Origin: Obrimoposthia wandeli
Lineage: Eukaryota
Assembly: GCA_977020255.1 (NCBI GenBank)
Contig: CDROCS010000253.1
Location: 1,736,001 to 1,800,000, forward strand
Length of the DNA: 64,000 nucleotides
Reading direction: 5' to 3'
Shown here: piece after piece, positions 11,646 to 23,769 of the stretch
Position numbering within the stretch: the first letter of the stretch is position 1
Layout: every line of letters begins with the position of its first letter
Made by a program: the position numbers and the translations under genes
Notes under the pieces: generated by a model
Database searches by the model: none
What the model was told of the DNA's origin: nothing
What the model saw: only the letters and a program-made list of their open reading frames with translations

Positions 11646-11712
11646 AATACATTCTTGCTGCTTTTGCGTATAATAATAACAATGTACTACAACAAAATAA
11701 GCAGCGATTAAA

Positions 11713-12642
11713 TTGACGACCTCGACTCCCCCAAAACGTTTAAATAAATACATTAGTGACTCTGGCTTTTGTTCGCGCCGTAGTGCCGATAAAATGATAG
11801 AGGCTGACCGCGTAACCATCAATGATCGCATTCCGGAGCTTGGTACTAAAGTGTTAGCGGGAGATGTAGTTAAAGTGGATGGCTATGATATTGCGCCAAC
11901 GAGTGATGACAAATCTGATCGTATTTATATCGCTTATAACAAACCTATTGGTATTACCTGTACCACTGAAAAACATGTACGCGGCAATATCATTGATGCG
12001 ATAGGTCATAAAAAACGTATATTTCCTATTGGTCGCTTAGACAAACCATCAGAAGGTTTGATATTCCTCACCAGTGATGGTGATATTGTTAATAAAATTT
12101 TACGCGCGGAAAATGCACACGACAAAGAATATATTGTCACCGTTGATAAACCTATTAGTGAACGTTTCATCGAGAGAATGTCTCGTGGCGTACCTATTTT
12201 AGGGACCATTACCAAACCTTGTATCGTGCAAGTTAAAAGCCGTTTTGAATTTAGCATTATCCTTACTCAAGGTCTTAATCGTCAAATTCGCCGTATGTGT
12301 GAATATCTCGATTATGAGGTTTTAACATTAAAACGCTCACGTATTATGAAAGTTGAGTTGGGGGATTTAACACCGGGACAATGGCGAGAATTAACGGTAA
12401 GTGAAATGGCCGAAATTAACCAAGCGGTTGAAAGCTCGAGTAAAACCGCTATTAATACCGCTCAGCCTAAACAGACGGCTTCAAACATGAGTGACCTTGA
12501 AGCGCTATCGGCCTCGTTAAACAATGCAGATAATAAAAGCGAATCAAAAACTAAGCAGAATACACCGGCAAAAACATCTGCTAGTAAACAGGAAGATGCA
12601 AAAGATGTTTGGCCTTATAACAGCCATAAAACGAAAGACTAA
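11713..12642 (+). CDS. rluF: 23S rRNA pseudouridine synthase F
   Basis: RLNKYISDSGFCSRR S4 domain; FPIGRLDK; QGLNRQIRRMCE. Confidence 0.93.
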   Translation: MTTSTPPKRLNKYISDSGFCSRRSADKMIEADRVTINDRIPELGTKVLAGDVVKVDGYDIAPTSDDKSDRIYIAYNKPIGITCTTEKHVRGNIIDAIGHKKRIFPIGRLDKPSEGLIFLTSDGDIVNKILRAENAHDKEYIVTVDKPISERFIERMSRGVPILGTITKPCIVQVKSRFEFSIILTQGLNRQIRRMCEYLDYEVLTLKRSRIMKVELGDLTPGQWRELTVSEMAEINQAVESSSKTAINTAQPKQTASNMSDLEALSASLNNADNKSESKTKQNTPAKTSASKQEDAKDVWPYNSHKTKD

Positions 12643-12694
12643 ATCAATGCTGATTATTGATTATTGGAAGAAACTTACATAGCGTGACTATGTA

Positions 12695-12853
12695 ATACCA
12701 ATTTGATTAAATTATTGCTCACTTGTACTGGTTAAAATAGTTCATGTCGGCGTTGCTCTCACTCCTAATAGCCAGCTATTACTCAATCGAGCGCCTTGTC
12801 CTGAAATATTTTTCCTACGTACAACAAGATCACAAACTTAATTAAACTGGTAT
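12695..12853. mobile_element. About 160-bp non-autonomous MITE-like element
   Basis: Terminal inverted repeats ATACCAATTTGATTAAATT / ATACCAGTTTAATTAAGTT (16/19); internal GCGTTG-hairpin-CGCCTTG core. Confidence 0.75.
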
Positions 12854-12940
12854 AAGTTTTTTTTTCACTGTAATTATTACCATTTTGCATAAACAAGTTC
12901 TCACTAAGTGAACACTTGCTTATGCGTATAACGTCAATAA

Positions 12941-14836
12941 CTAGCCTTTGTTGATACCGATTAGAGCACCTGAAAGCTCGGTTATTACTTGGCTATCTTC
13001 TATGGTTGAAGGTATTTCAATTTCTTGTCCATCAATCATTTGTCTCAGAGTTTTGCGTAAAATTTTGCCAGAACGAGTTTTTGGCAATCTATCAATGATA
13101 AGTAATTTTTTCAATGATGCTATAGCGCCAATATCATCGCGAATACTTTGTTTTAACTCCTTAATTAGATCTTCATCACTGGTGGTTATGCCATTTTTTA
13201 TCACCACTAGCCCTAGTGGAACTTGTCCTTTTAAGGCATCGTTAATACCGACAACGGCACACTCTGCTACTGCGGGATGACCGGATAAAACTTCTTCCAT
13301 CTCACCGGTTGATAAACGATGCCCAGCAACATTGATAACATCATCAATACGACCCATGATGAAAAGATAACCTTCTTCATCAATATAACCACCATCCCCT
13401 GATGTATAATAGCCAGGTTGATTTGACAAATATCCTGATGTTAAGCGTTCTGGGTCACCATAAATTGTGGCTAAACAGCCAGGAGGAAGTGGTAGTTTTA
13501 TTGCTACACTACCTTGTTGTCCTGCAGGAACTTGCTGACCATCGGCATCAAGAATTTGTACATCAAATCCTGCGATGGGGAAGCCTGCAGAGCCAGCTTT
13601 TGTTGGCACCATATTGCCACTGCCGTCATCTAATGGCGTACTGGCAATTGCCCAGCCAGTTTCTGTTTGCCACCAATGATCTATTATTGGTAATTGTGTT
13701 TTTTCTTTAAGCCAATGATAGGTTGCCGGGTCTAAGCGTTCGCCTGCTAGGAATAAGCGTTTTAATGACGAGAGGTCGTAGTCTTTAAGTAAGTCGCCCT
13801 CTGGATCTTCTTTTCCGATAGCACGAAAAGCGGTCGGCGCTGAAAATAAAGCATTTACTTTGTACTCAGCACAGACACGCCAAAAAGCCCCTGCATCAGG
13901 TGTTCTAATCGGTTTTCCTTCATAAACAATTGTGGTGCAACCAGCCATTAACGTACCATAAATAATGTATGAATGACCAACAACCCAGCCAACGTCCGAG
14001 GCGGCCCAGAAGGTATCCCCTTCCTTCATGCCATAGATATTTTTCATACTATAAAGCATCGCGACAGCATGACCGCCATTATCTCTAACTACGCCTTTAG
14101 GCTTACCAGTGGTACCTGAGGTATACAAAATATAGAGAGGATCGGTACTTTTAACGGGTACGGGTGGAATTTCTACCGCAACATCCATTTGTTCTTGCCA
14201 GTCAAGATCTCTGTTCGGTACCAGCTGTGCTTTAACTTCTTCTCTTTGGTAAATGATGCAATTTTTTGGCTTATGCCTAGCTATCTCGATAGCTTCATCA
14301 ATTAATGGTTTATAGGGAATAACTTTTGCGATTTCAATACCGCAGCTGGCGCCAACAATTACTTTTGGCTCCGCATCATTGATACGTACAGCAAGCTCAT
14401 TGGCAGCAAAACCACCAAAAACTACCGAATGAATTGCGCCTAGTCGAGCACATGCCAGCATTGCTATAGCGGCTTGTGGGATCATTGGCATATATATTAA
14501 TACACGATCGCCTTTAGTAACACCCTGTGACCTTAGTACATCAGCAAACTTTGCTACTAAACTGGTTAGTTCATTATAACTAAATTTTTGTTTTACTCCG
14601 GTAACAGGCGAGTCATATATAAGTGCAGTTTGAGCACCTCGGCCTTGTTCAACATGATAATCCAACGCAAGGTAACAAGTGTTTAGTTCGCCGTCAGCAA
14701 ACCAATCATTCCAAGAATCAGTATTTTTCGACAATATCGTTTGAGGTTTTTTGTACCAAGCAACAAGCTCTGCCTGCTCTTGCCAGTAACTCTCGGGTGA
14801 ATTGATAGCTAATTCTTGTTGTTCAATGTGTTTCAT
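12941..14836 (-). CDS. prpE: Propionyl-CoA synthetase (acetate/propionate-CoA ligase family)
   Basis: YILYTSGTTGKPKG, DHWWQTETGW, PKTRSGKILR; start placed at MKHIEQ (14836). Confidence 0.88.
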   Translation of the reverse strand: MKHIEQQELAINSPESYWQEQAELVAWYKKPQTILSKNTDSWNDWFADGELNTCYLALDYHVEQGRGAQTALIYDSPVTGVKQKFSYNELTSLVAKFADVLRSQGVTKGDRVLIYMPMIPQAAIAMLACARLGAIHSVVFGGFAANELAVRINDAEPKVIVGASCGIEIAKVIPYKPLIDEAIEIARHKPKNCIIYQREEVKAQLVPNRDLDWQEQMDVAVEIPPVPVKSTDPLYILYTSGTTGKPKGVVRDNGGHAVAMLYSMKNIYGMKEGDTFWAASDVGWVVGHSYIIYGTLMAGCTTIVYEGKPIRTPDAGAFWRVCAEYKVNALFSAPTAFRAIGKEDPEGDLLKDYDLSSLKRLFLAGERLDPATYHWLKEKTQLPIIDHWWQTETGWAIASTPLDDGSGNMVPTKAGSAGFPIAGFDVQILDADGQQVPAGQQGSVAIKLPLPPGCLATIYGDPERLTSGYLSNQPGYYTSGDGGYIDEEGYLFIMGRIDDVINVAGHRLSTGEMEEVLSGHPAVAECAVVGINDALKGQVPLGLVVIKNGITTSDEDLIKELKQSIRDDIGAIASLKKLLIIDRLPKTRSGKILRKTLRQMIDGQEIEIPSTIEDSQVITELSGALIGINKG

Positions 14837-14898
14837 TATGTTGGCCTTGTAAATTACTCGGATACACATACATTAAAACTGTCGACAAAATTTACCTA

Positions 14899-14914
14899 TT
14901 AGACCTTAGGCTAA
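14899..14914. promoter_or_regulatory. Candidate CrbR/ErdR-type activator dyad upstream of prpE
   Basis: TTAGAC-CTTA-GGCTAA, one mismatch from the dyad TTAGAC-N4-GTCTAA. Confidence 0.45.
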
Positions 14915-15052
14915 TACCCGTACAAAACCGGTGATTTATTAAGTTTGTGTTTTATCGTTATTGGGTTGTTAATTATTGTTAATCAATAATTAATAGTGGC
15001 TATTCGTGTTTTTTATTTTCAATGAAAATGTTAAAAATACTTTTGAATTTAA

Positions 15053-15275
15053 ATAAAACTAAGGGCTTATACTGTTTATTTAGATAAGTCTGTCGACAAT
15101 ACACCATATCAAACAGGCAAAAGCAGAAGAAAATATAGCGTTAGTACAGTGACTGCTTTATGCTATAACCTGCTTTTATTCATTATGTTAATAGCTATTT
15201 TAGGGCGATTTTTACTGCGGATGTCGTTACGTGAGCTATCCGTTTTGATCAAAAACAGAGATTAATGGTGTCATT
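15053..15275 (+). pseudogene. Probable eroded DUF2975-family membrane-protein gene
   Basis: No start codon; hydrophobic NLLLFIMLIAILG, then after a frameshift AIFTADVVT*AIRFDQKQRLMV, resembling the DUF2975 C-terminus; abuts a YozG-type HTH gene. Confidence 0.45.
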
Positions 15276-15497
15276 ATGGCTGTAATTATCACGCTAGATA
15301 TCATGCTAGCAAAACGTAAAATGAGATTAAATACTTTGGCAGAACGGGTGGGAATTACGGCACAGAATTTATCAATTTTAAAAAATGATAAAGCGCGTGC
15401 TATTCGTTTTGATACACTAAATAAATTATGTAAAGCACTCGATTGTCAGCCGGGAGATATTTTAACCTATCAGGCAGATGAAGTTGAAGAAGAGTAA
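15276..15497 (+). CDS. Cro/C1-type (YozG-like) HTH transcriptional regulator
   Basis: LDIMLAKRKM...LAERVGIT.QNLSILKN.KARAIRF.TL..LC.ALDCQPGDIL. Confidence 0.92.
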   Translation: MAVIITLDIMLAKRKMRLNTLAERVGITAQNLSILKNDKARAIRFDTLNKLCKALDCQPGDILTYQADEVEEE

Positions 15498-15525
15498 TAT
15501 GCTACTACTCTTCCTCAATAGATGT

Positions 15526-16083
15526 TTAGTTTGTTACTGACATTTGATAATGCACGGCATCAAAGTCACCTATGGGATCTTTATGTAAATAGGCTCTGAC
15601 AAAGCTCATGCCCATTTTTTTCATCACGCCAACAGATGCCAAGTTATCGGCAACCGCAAGAGCAGAAACATGGGTAACATCAGAATGAGCAACTACAGCA
15701 TCTTTAATCGCAATTGCTGCTTCTGTAGCGTAGCCTTTCCCCCAAGTGGTTTTGAAAAATCGCCAGCCTAATTCTAAATCTTTAGTATTTTCTGATTCAG
15801 TAAAAAATGCCATGGGACGGATCAATACCCAACCTAAGTATTCATCGGTTACTTTGTCTGATACTTGCCAAATTCCCCAGCCTAATTTGCTATCACGATA
15901 TTTCTCCATACGCGGGATAAAGACATTGTTAACTTGCTCTATACTTGTAGGTGTCCCGCCATTAAGAAATTTCATTACTGCGGGGTCTTGATCTAACGCC
16001 CATAATGCTTGGGCATCACCGACGTCCATTAATCTAAACTTAAGTCGTTCACTGTTATTTATTTGCATAATAAACCTATTCAA
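15526..16083 (-). CDS. GNAT N-acetyltransferase (RimJ/RimL type)
   Basis: LELGWRF...WGKGYATEAA; N.ASVGVMKKMGM. Confidence 0.9.
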   Translation of the reverse strand: MNRFIMQINNSERLKFRLMDVGDAQALWALDQDPAVMKFLNGGTPTSIEQVNNVFIPRMEKYRDSKLGWGIWQVSDKVTDEYLGWVLIRPMAFFTESENTKDLELGWRFFKTTWGKGYATEAAIAIKDAVVAHSDVTHVSALAVADNLASVGVMKKMGMSFVRAYLHKDPIGDFDAVHYQMSVTN

Positions 16084-16161
16084 TTAAAGAAGTAAACAAA
16101 GCATAACGCACTCTTTCTACGTTATGCTTTTGAGCTATTACGAGTTACTAAAGCAAAAACT

Positions 16162-18993
16162 TTATTTCGACGCTAGCAAGGGTTTTAAAAATCGAGCTGT
16201 ATGTGAGGTTTTATGCTTGGCAACTTGTTCAGGAGTGCCTGTAACTAAAATTTCACCACCACCTGCGCCACCTTCAGGACCTAAGTCAATAACCCAATCG
16301 GCAGTTTTGACGACGTCTAAGTTGTGCTCAATCACTACGATAGTATTACCATGATCACGCAAGCGATGAATAACGTTCAATAATTGTTTGATATCGTGGA
16401 AATGCAAACCTGTGGTTGGCTCATCTAAAATATATAATGTTTTACCGGTATCTCTTTTTGATAACTCTTTCGATAGCTTGACGCGTTGTGCTTCACCGCC
16501 CGAGAGTGTGATTGCTGACTGTCCTAGTTTGATATAGCCCAAACCAACATCGAGTAAGGTCTGCAACTTGCGATTAATCGCGGGAATAGCTTTGAAAAAG
16601 TCAAAAGCATCTTCAATGGTCAAGTCTAATACTTGATGAATATTTTTACCTTTGTATAAAACTTCTAACGTTTCGCGGTTATAACGTTTACTTTTACAGA
16701 CATCACAAGGGACATAAACATCAGGTAAAAAGTGCATTTCTACCTTGATCATGCCGTCACCTTGACAGGCTTCACAACGTCCGCCTTTAACATTAAAGCT
16801 AAAGCGTCCGGCTTTATAACCGCGTGAACGAGACTCTTGTGTTGCAGAGAATATATCGCGCACAGCAGTAAATATTCCCGTGTAAGTTGCGGGGTTTGAG
16901 CGTGGCGTTCTACCTATCGGGCTTTGATCAATCTCGATAACTTTATCTAACAATTCTAAACCATGAATGCTTTTATAAGGAGCGGGTTCATCAACCGTCG
17001 CGCCATTAAGTTCAATGTGCGCTAATTTATATAAGGTATCGTTAATCAGTGTCGATTTTCCTGAGCCTGAAACGCCTGTTACACAGGTCATTAAACCAGT
17101 AGGAATGACTAAATCGACATTTTTTAAATTATTACCGGTGGCGCCTTTGAGTTTAACGACATTCTTTTTATCAAAGACATGACGTTTTTTAGGTATTTCA
17201 ATGCGCTCTACGCCAGACAGGTATTTACCCGTTAAAGACCCTTTACAATTGAGTATGTCATCTACGGTTCCTTGCGCGATAATTTCACCACCATGCACGC
17301 CAGCACCCGGTCCAATATCAATTACAAAATCTGCCGCACGAATAGCATCTTCATCATGTTCAACCACAATAACAGTATTACCTAAATCACGCAGGTGTAG
17401 CAAAGTGCCAAGTAAGCGTTCATTATCACGTTGGTGAAGGCCAATAGATGGCTCATCTAATACATACATGACACCAACTAAACCTGCGCCAATTTGGCTG
17501 GCAAGACGTATTCGTTGTGCTTCACCACCAGATAGGGTGTTTGCACCACGTGATAAATTGAGGTAATTAAGACCAACGTTCACTAAAAAGCCTAAACGTT
17601 CGTTTACTTCTTTTAATATTTTTTCGGCAACTTGGCCTTTTTGACCCGAGAGCGTTAAACCTTGGAAGAATTTGAGCGCATCACTAATGGAAAAATCAGC
17701 GACGACAGTGAGTGGCGTATCCTCGATAAAGACATTGCGCGCTTCTAAGCGTAATCGACTACCATTACAATCTGGACAATGTTGTGAATTAAGATATTTA
17801 CCAAGCTCTTCACGTACCGCGTTTGACTCGGTTTCTTTATAACGGCGTTGCATATTATTGATGATGCCTTCAAAGGGATGCTTACGCACCACAACATCAC
17901 CACGGTCGTTCATATATTTAAATTTAATCTCTTGTTCATCACTGCCATAAAGCACCACTTTTTGTGCTTTAGCTGATAATTTATTAAACGGTTTATCAAC
18001 TTGAAATTTATAATGCTCAGCAAGAGCTTGCAGCATTTGAAAGTAGTAAAAATTACGTTTGTCCCAACCACGCACTGCACCATCAGCTAAACTTAACTCT
18101 GCGTTGGCAATTACGCGAGTACTATCAAAATATTGTTCAATACCTAAACCATCACAGGTTTGACAAGCGCCTGCTGGATTATTAAAAGAGAATAAGCGTG
18201 GCTCTAACTCTTGCATGCTGTAGCCACAATGTGAACAAGCAAAGTTAGCCGAAAAAATTAGTTCTTCGCGGTCTGGCTCGTCCATAAAGGCAACTTTGGC
18301 GGTGCCAGAGGTTAAAGTTAAGGTCGTTTCAAAAGATTCTGATAGTCGTAATTGAATATCTTTACGCACTTTTATACGGTCAACAACAACTTCTATGGTG
18401 TGTTTTTTATGTAATTCTAGTGGTGGTGGATCGGATAAGTCACACACTTCGCCATCAATACGCGCTCGAATAAAGCCTTGGGCAGCTAAGTTATCGAGTA
18501 GCTTTACATGCTCACCTTTACGGTCTTGTACAATAGGCGCAAGCAGCATCACTTTAGTGCCTTCTTCAAGCTCTAAAACTTTATCAACCATTTGTGAAAC
18601 TGTTTGTGCTGCCAGTGCTTGACCATGCTCTGGACAACGAGGCTCACCAACTCTGGCATAAAGCAAACGCAAGTAATCGTATATCTCAGTGATGGTACCT
18701 ACGGTTGAACGCGGGTTGTGAGATGTTGACTTTTGCTCAATTGAAATCGCGGGCGATAAACCTTCAATATGATCTACATCAGGCTTTTCCATTAAGGATA
18801 AAAATTGACGGGCATAAGCGGAAAGGGATTCTACATAACGACGTTGTCCCTCAGCGTAGAGTGTATCAAAGGCAAGAGAAGATTTTCCTGAACCAGAAAG
18901 GCCGGTAATGACGACGAGTTTATCTCGAGGTATTGTTAAACTAATGTCTTTGAGGTTGTGTGTGCGAGCCCCTCTGACTTCAATATTCTTCAT
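16162..18993 (-). CDS. uvrA: Excinuclease ABC subunit A
   Basis: Two ABC cassettes ([24 protein letters not shown] twice) and Zn fingers. Confidence 0.99.
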   Translation of the reverse strand: MKNIEVRGARTHNLKDISLTIPRDKLVVITGLSGSGKSSLAFDTLYAEGQRRYVESLSAYARQFLSLMEKPDVDHIEGLSPAISIEQKSTSHNPRSTVGTITEIYDYLRLLYARVGEPRCPEHGQALAAQTVSQMVDKVLELEEGTKVMLLAPIVQDRKGEHVKLLDNLAAQGFIRARIDGEVCDLSDPPPLELHKKHTIEVVVDRIKVRKDIQLRLSESFETTLTLTSGTAKVAFMDEPDREELIFSANFACSHCGYSMQELEPRLFSFNNPAGACQTCDGLGIEQYFDSTRVIANAELSLADGAVRGWDKRNFYYFQMLQALAEHYKFQVDKPFNKLSAKAQKVVLYGSDEQEIKFKYMNDRGDVVVRKHPFEGIINNMQRRYKETESNAVREELGKYLNSQHCPDCNGSRLRLEARNVFIEDTPLTVVADFSISDALKFFQGLTLSGQKGQVAEKILKEVNERLGFLVNVGLNYLNLSRGANTLSGGEAQRIRLASQIGAGLVGVMYVLDEPSIGLHQRDNERLLGTLLHLRDLGNTVIVVEHDEDAIRAADFVIDIGPGAGVHGGEIIAQGTVDDILNCKGSLTGKYLSGVERIEIPKKRHVFDKKNVVKLKGATGNNLKNVDLVIPTGLMTCVTGVSGSGKSTLINDTLYKLAHIELNGATVDEPAPYKSIHGLELLDKVIEIDQSPIGRTPRSNPATYTGIFTAVRDIFSATQESRSRGYKAGRFSFNVKGGRCEACQGDGMIKVEMHFLPDVYVPCDVCKSKRYNRETLEVLYKGKNIHQVLDLTIEDAFDFFKAIPAINRKLQTLLDVGLGYIKLGQSAITLSGGEAQRVKLSKELSKRDTGKTLYILDEPTTGLHFHDIKQLLNVIHRLRDHGNTIVVIEHNLDVVKTADWVIDLGPEGGAGGGEILVTGTPEQVAKHKTSHTARFLKPLLASK

Positions 18994-19178
18994 GCGTTTT
19001 TAACTCAAATAGCGATAAAATAGAACCGACGATTATGCCATACAAATGACGGTATAAAAACTAGTCCAATGGATAACGGCTTGTTTTCATTGTGGGGATT
19101 TTGTTGTGCTTCTTAGCGTGGTAAACTATCGGCAATTTTTTCCTATTTCTTCATTTACTTTTAGGTTTTAGCAACGTT

Positions 19179-20543
19179 ATGAGTGTTTCAGGTTTAAACC
19201 GTATTGAGAAAAAAGCTGCCTTTTCCTTAGCCAGTGTCTTTGGCGTGCGCATGTTAGGCTTGTTCATGATATTACCCGTGTTCGCCATTTATGGTGAACA
19301 ACTGACGGGTTATAGCCCTATTTGGTTAGGATTGGCCATTGGTGCCTATGGGCTAACACAAGCTTTATTGCAAATACCTATGGGTATGCTTTCGGATAAA
19401 TATGGCAGAAAACCGGTAATTCTTGCCGGTTTAGTGGTTTTTCTTATTGGTAGTATTGTTGCGGCAATGTCCGAAACGATTTACGGTGTTGTGTTAGGTC
19501 GAGCAATTCAAGGTATGGGCGCTATTGCTAGTGCAATACTCGCTTTAGCCGCTGATTTAAGTAGAGAAGAACAACGACCTAAAGTCATGGCAACCATTGG
19601 TATGTTCATCGGTTTATCGTTTACCTTTGCGATGATTTTAGGGCCAATAGTCGCTGATGCATTTGGTTTAAGTGGCTTATTCTGGTTCACAGGACTATTG
19701 ACCATTTTTGCCATGGCGATGATTCAATTTATGGTGCCAAATTCAGTGAATAAAGCGCCTAGTGGCGATAATGTCGCCTTGCCTGAGCAAATTACTCGTT
19801 TGATTCGACATCCTCAGCTATCCCGTTTAAATTGGGGTGTTTTCATTTTACATATGGCACTTACGGCTTGTTTTATTACTTTGCCTAAGCAGTTTGTTGC
19901 CAGTGGCTTATCCCTTGAAGATCATTGGCAAATATACTTACCTGCTTTGTTAGGCTCTTTCTTTTTAATGGTACCATTTATGATTTTTGCCATTAAAAAA
20001 CAGAAAGAAAACCCCATGTTCAGTGCCGCTATTTCACTGTTAGCATTAGCTTTATTTTTGCTCTGGCTATTACCGAGTGGCTTCTGGAGCTTAGTGTTGT
20101 CAGTTGTGCTATTTTTTACTGCTTTTAACTATTTAGAAGCAACCATGCCGTCAATCTTATCGCGCATAGCACCTGCTGGCGTTAAAGGTAGTGCTATGGG
20201 GATATATTCAAGCAGTCAGTTTTTAGGGGCTTTTGTTGGTGGTATTATTGGTGGGTTTATAGCGAGTCAGTATGGCGAGCAAACTATCTTCTTAGTAATG
20301 GCCGTGGTAACTGTTATCTGGTTGGGATTAAGCCTTGGTATGCAGCCATTGAAAAAATCAAAAAGTTTTAGTTTTGCTACCAATATTACCGGTGAAGAAC
20401 AGGCCGAGAAAATGGCCGAACAGTTAATAAATATGCCGGGCGTTATTGAAGCTACACTAGTACACACCGAAGCGGTTGCTTACTTAAAAGTTGATGTTCA
20501 AACGGCTGATTTAATGGCTATTAAAGCTTTACTGCAAGGTTAG
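19179..20543 (+). CDS. yajR: MFS transporter with C-terminal YAM domain (YajR-like)
   Basis: GMLSDKYGRKPVI MFS motif A; C-terminal soluble ...AYLKVD; divergent from uvrA. Confidence 0.88.
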   Translation: MSVSGLNRIEKKAAFSLASVFGVRMLGLFMILPVFAIYGEQLTGYSPIWLGLAIGAYGLTQALLQIPMGMLSDKYGRKPVILAGLVVFLIGSIVAAMSETIYGVVLGRAIQGMGAIASAILALAADLSREEQRPKVMATIGMFIGLSFTFAMILGPIVADAFGLSGLFWFTGLLTIFAMAMIQFMVPNSVNKAPSGDNVALPEQITRLIRHPQLSRLNWGVFILHMALTACFITLPKQFVASGLSLEDHWQIYLPALLGSFFLMVPFMIFAIKKQKENPMFSAAISLLALALFLLWLLPSGFWSLVLSVVLFFTAFNYLEATMPSILSRIAPAGVKGSAMGIYSSSQFLGAFVGGIIGGFIASQYGEQTIFLVMAVVTVIWLGLSLGMQPLKKSKSFSFATNITGEEQAEKMAEQLINMPGVIEATLVHTEAVAYLKVDVQTADLMAIKALLQG

Positions 20544-20688
20544 ACTACAGAAAAAACCTGTCAATATCATAGTCTGAAGGTGTTCACGCTACCTGAATTT
20601 TACGTGGTTATCGTCGAGCACCTCTCTGCAATCTATCAAAAGCACGCTAAACTAAATATTACCTTATACCAATTTAGCGGCGCTTATC

Positions 20689-20904
20689 ATGTCTGAACAT
20701 CACATTTACAAAAAAATTGAAATGGTTGGTTCATCTAAAACCAGTATCGAAGAAGCCATAGATAATGCCTTGGCAGAGTGTTATAAAACCATCAAAAATA
20801 TGGATTGGTTTGAGGTTATAGAAACTCGAGGTCATATCGTTGATGGCACGGTCGGCCATTACCAAGTGACGTTGAAAATTGGTTTTAAAATAGTGGCAAG
20901 TTAG
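20689..20904 (+). CDS. Dodecin (flavin/CoA-binding)
   Basis: HIYKKIEMVGSS..SIEEAI..A; DWFEV.E.RG; YQVTLKIGF. Confidence 0.92.
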   Translation: MSEHHIYKKIEMVGSSKTSIEEAIDNALAECYKTIKNMDWFEVIETRGHIVDGTVGHYQVTLKIGFKIVAS

Positions 20905-20918
20905 CTCGATAAAGTTCG

Positions 20919-20958
20919 AAAAACCTTCAACGCTACTTAAGTAGCGTTGAAGGTTTTT
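20919..20958. terminator. Perfect 40-bp palindrome, bidirectional terminator
   Basis: AAAAACCTTCAACGCTACTT|AAGTAGCGTTGAAGGTTTTT between convergent genes. Confidence 0.85.
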
Positions 20959-20961
20959 TTA

Positions 20962-21447
20962 TTACTTAAGCGCAGCAATGTAGTCTTTTAGTTTATTGCT
21001 ACCGAGCATGATTTCTATATCATCATCTTGCTGTTTGCCAATTAAAGCGATTCCCATCGGAGATTTTGGTGATATCACCGTGATATTTTGTTGAGCTAGC
21101 TGACAGCGAAATCCACCTGCGGCAGGCCCAATAAAAAACCAGTGATTAGCTTCTGAATCAGCAGATAACTGTACTAAAGCACCTAAAGCAATATAACTGT
21201 CATTATTGTATTCAATTATATCGAGCCTTTTATAGGCATCGATAGCATGCTGGAACTCAATCACTCGCTTAGACTGTCCCTCAGCCAAGTAGCTCGCTTC
21301 TATCGCTAACGTATCATATTGTGTTTCCGCAACACTTTGATCATCAACCGCTGCAGCATGTGCTTCGTTTGCAGCATCAATAGCTTGTTGAAGTTCTTTC
21401 GAAAGCGCTGTGACAATAAGATCAATGAGTTTTTTTTTATTGGGCAT
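20962..21447 (-). CDS. GreA/GreB-family elongation factor-like protein
   Basis: AETQYDTLAIEASYLAEGQ; VISPKSPMG.ALIGK...DDI. Confidence 0.8.
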   Translation of the reverse strand: MPNKKKLIDLIVTALSKELQQAIDAANEAHAAAVDDQSVAETQYDTLAIEASYLAEGQSKRVIEFQHAIDAYKRLDIIEYNNDSYIALGALVQLSADSEANHWFFIGPAAGGFRCQLAQQNITVISPKSPMGIALIGKQQDDDIEIMLGSNKLKDYIAALK

Positions 21448-21582
21448 AAAGTTTTATTCTACCTTCATTTAAATGTTGCGAGTAAACCGTCAATGGTTTC
21501 TTAGTTGAGTAAATGTTAACTCGGAAATTTTATCATAACTTGTGTTTTTATCTAAATGTCAGTAAATTAATGACACTATAAC

Positions 21583-21599
21583 AACTGGTACGACCAATA
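21583..21599 (+). promoter_or_regulatory. FadR operator upstream of fadH
   Basis: AACTGGTACGACCAATA versus FadR dyad AACTGGTCNGACCAGTT, 13 bp before the ATG. Confidence 0.8.
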
Positions 21600-21600
21600 G

Positions 21601-23655
<2,055 letters not shown>

Positions 23656-23688
23656 ACACATTTAGTACTTAACCGTTGATATTAGCGA

Positions 23689-23727
23689 AGTTAACCGAAG
23701 AAAAACGCTATATTTCTTCGGTTAACT
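23689..23727. terminator. 15-bp stem-loop between fadH and pssA
   Basis: AGTTAACCGAAGAAA / TTTCTTCGGTTAACT; no long U-tract. Confidence 0.5.
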
Positions 23728-23769
23728 ATTGATATACTGTCCCGAATTAATTTTTTAAGATAGAGCACA

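Noticed and set aside
19055-19080. LexA box upstream of uvrA (ACTAGTCCAATGGATAACGG)
   Set aside because: Does not fit CTG-N10-CAG.
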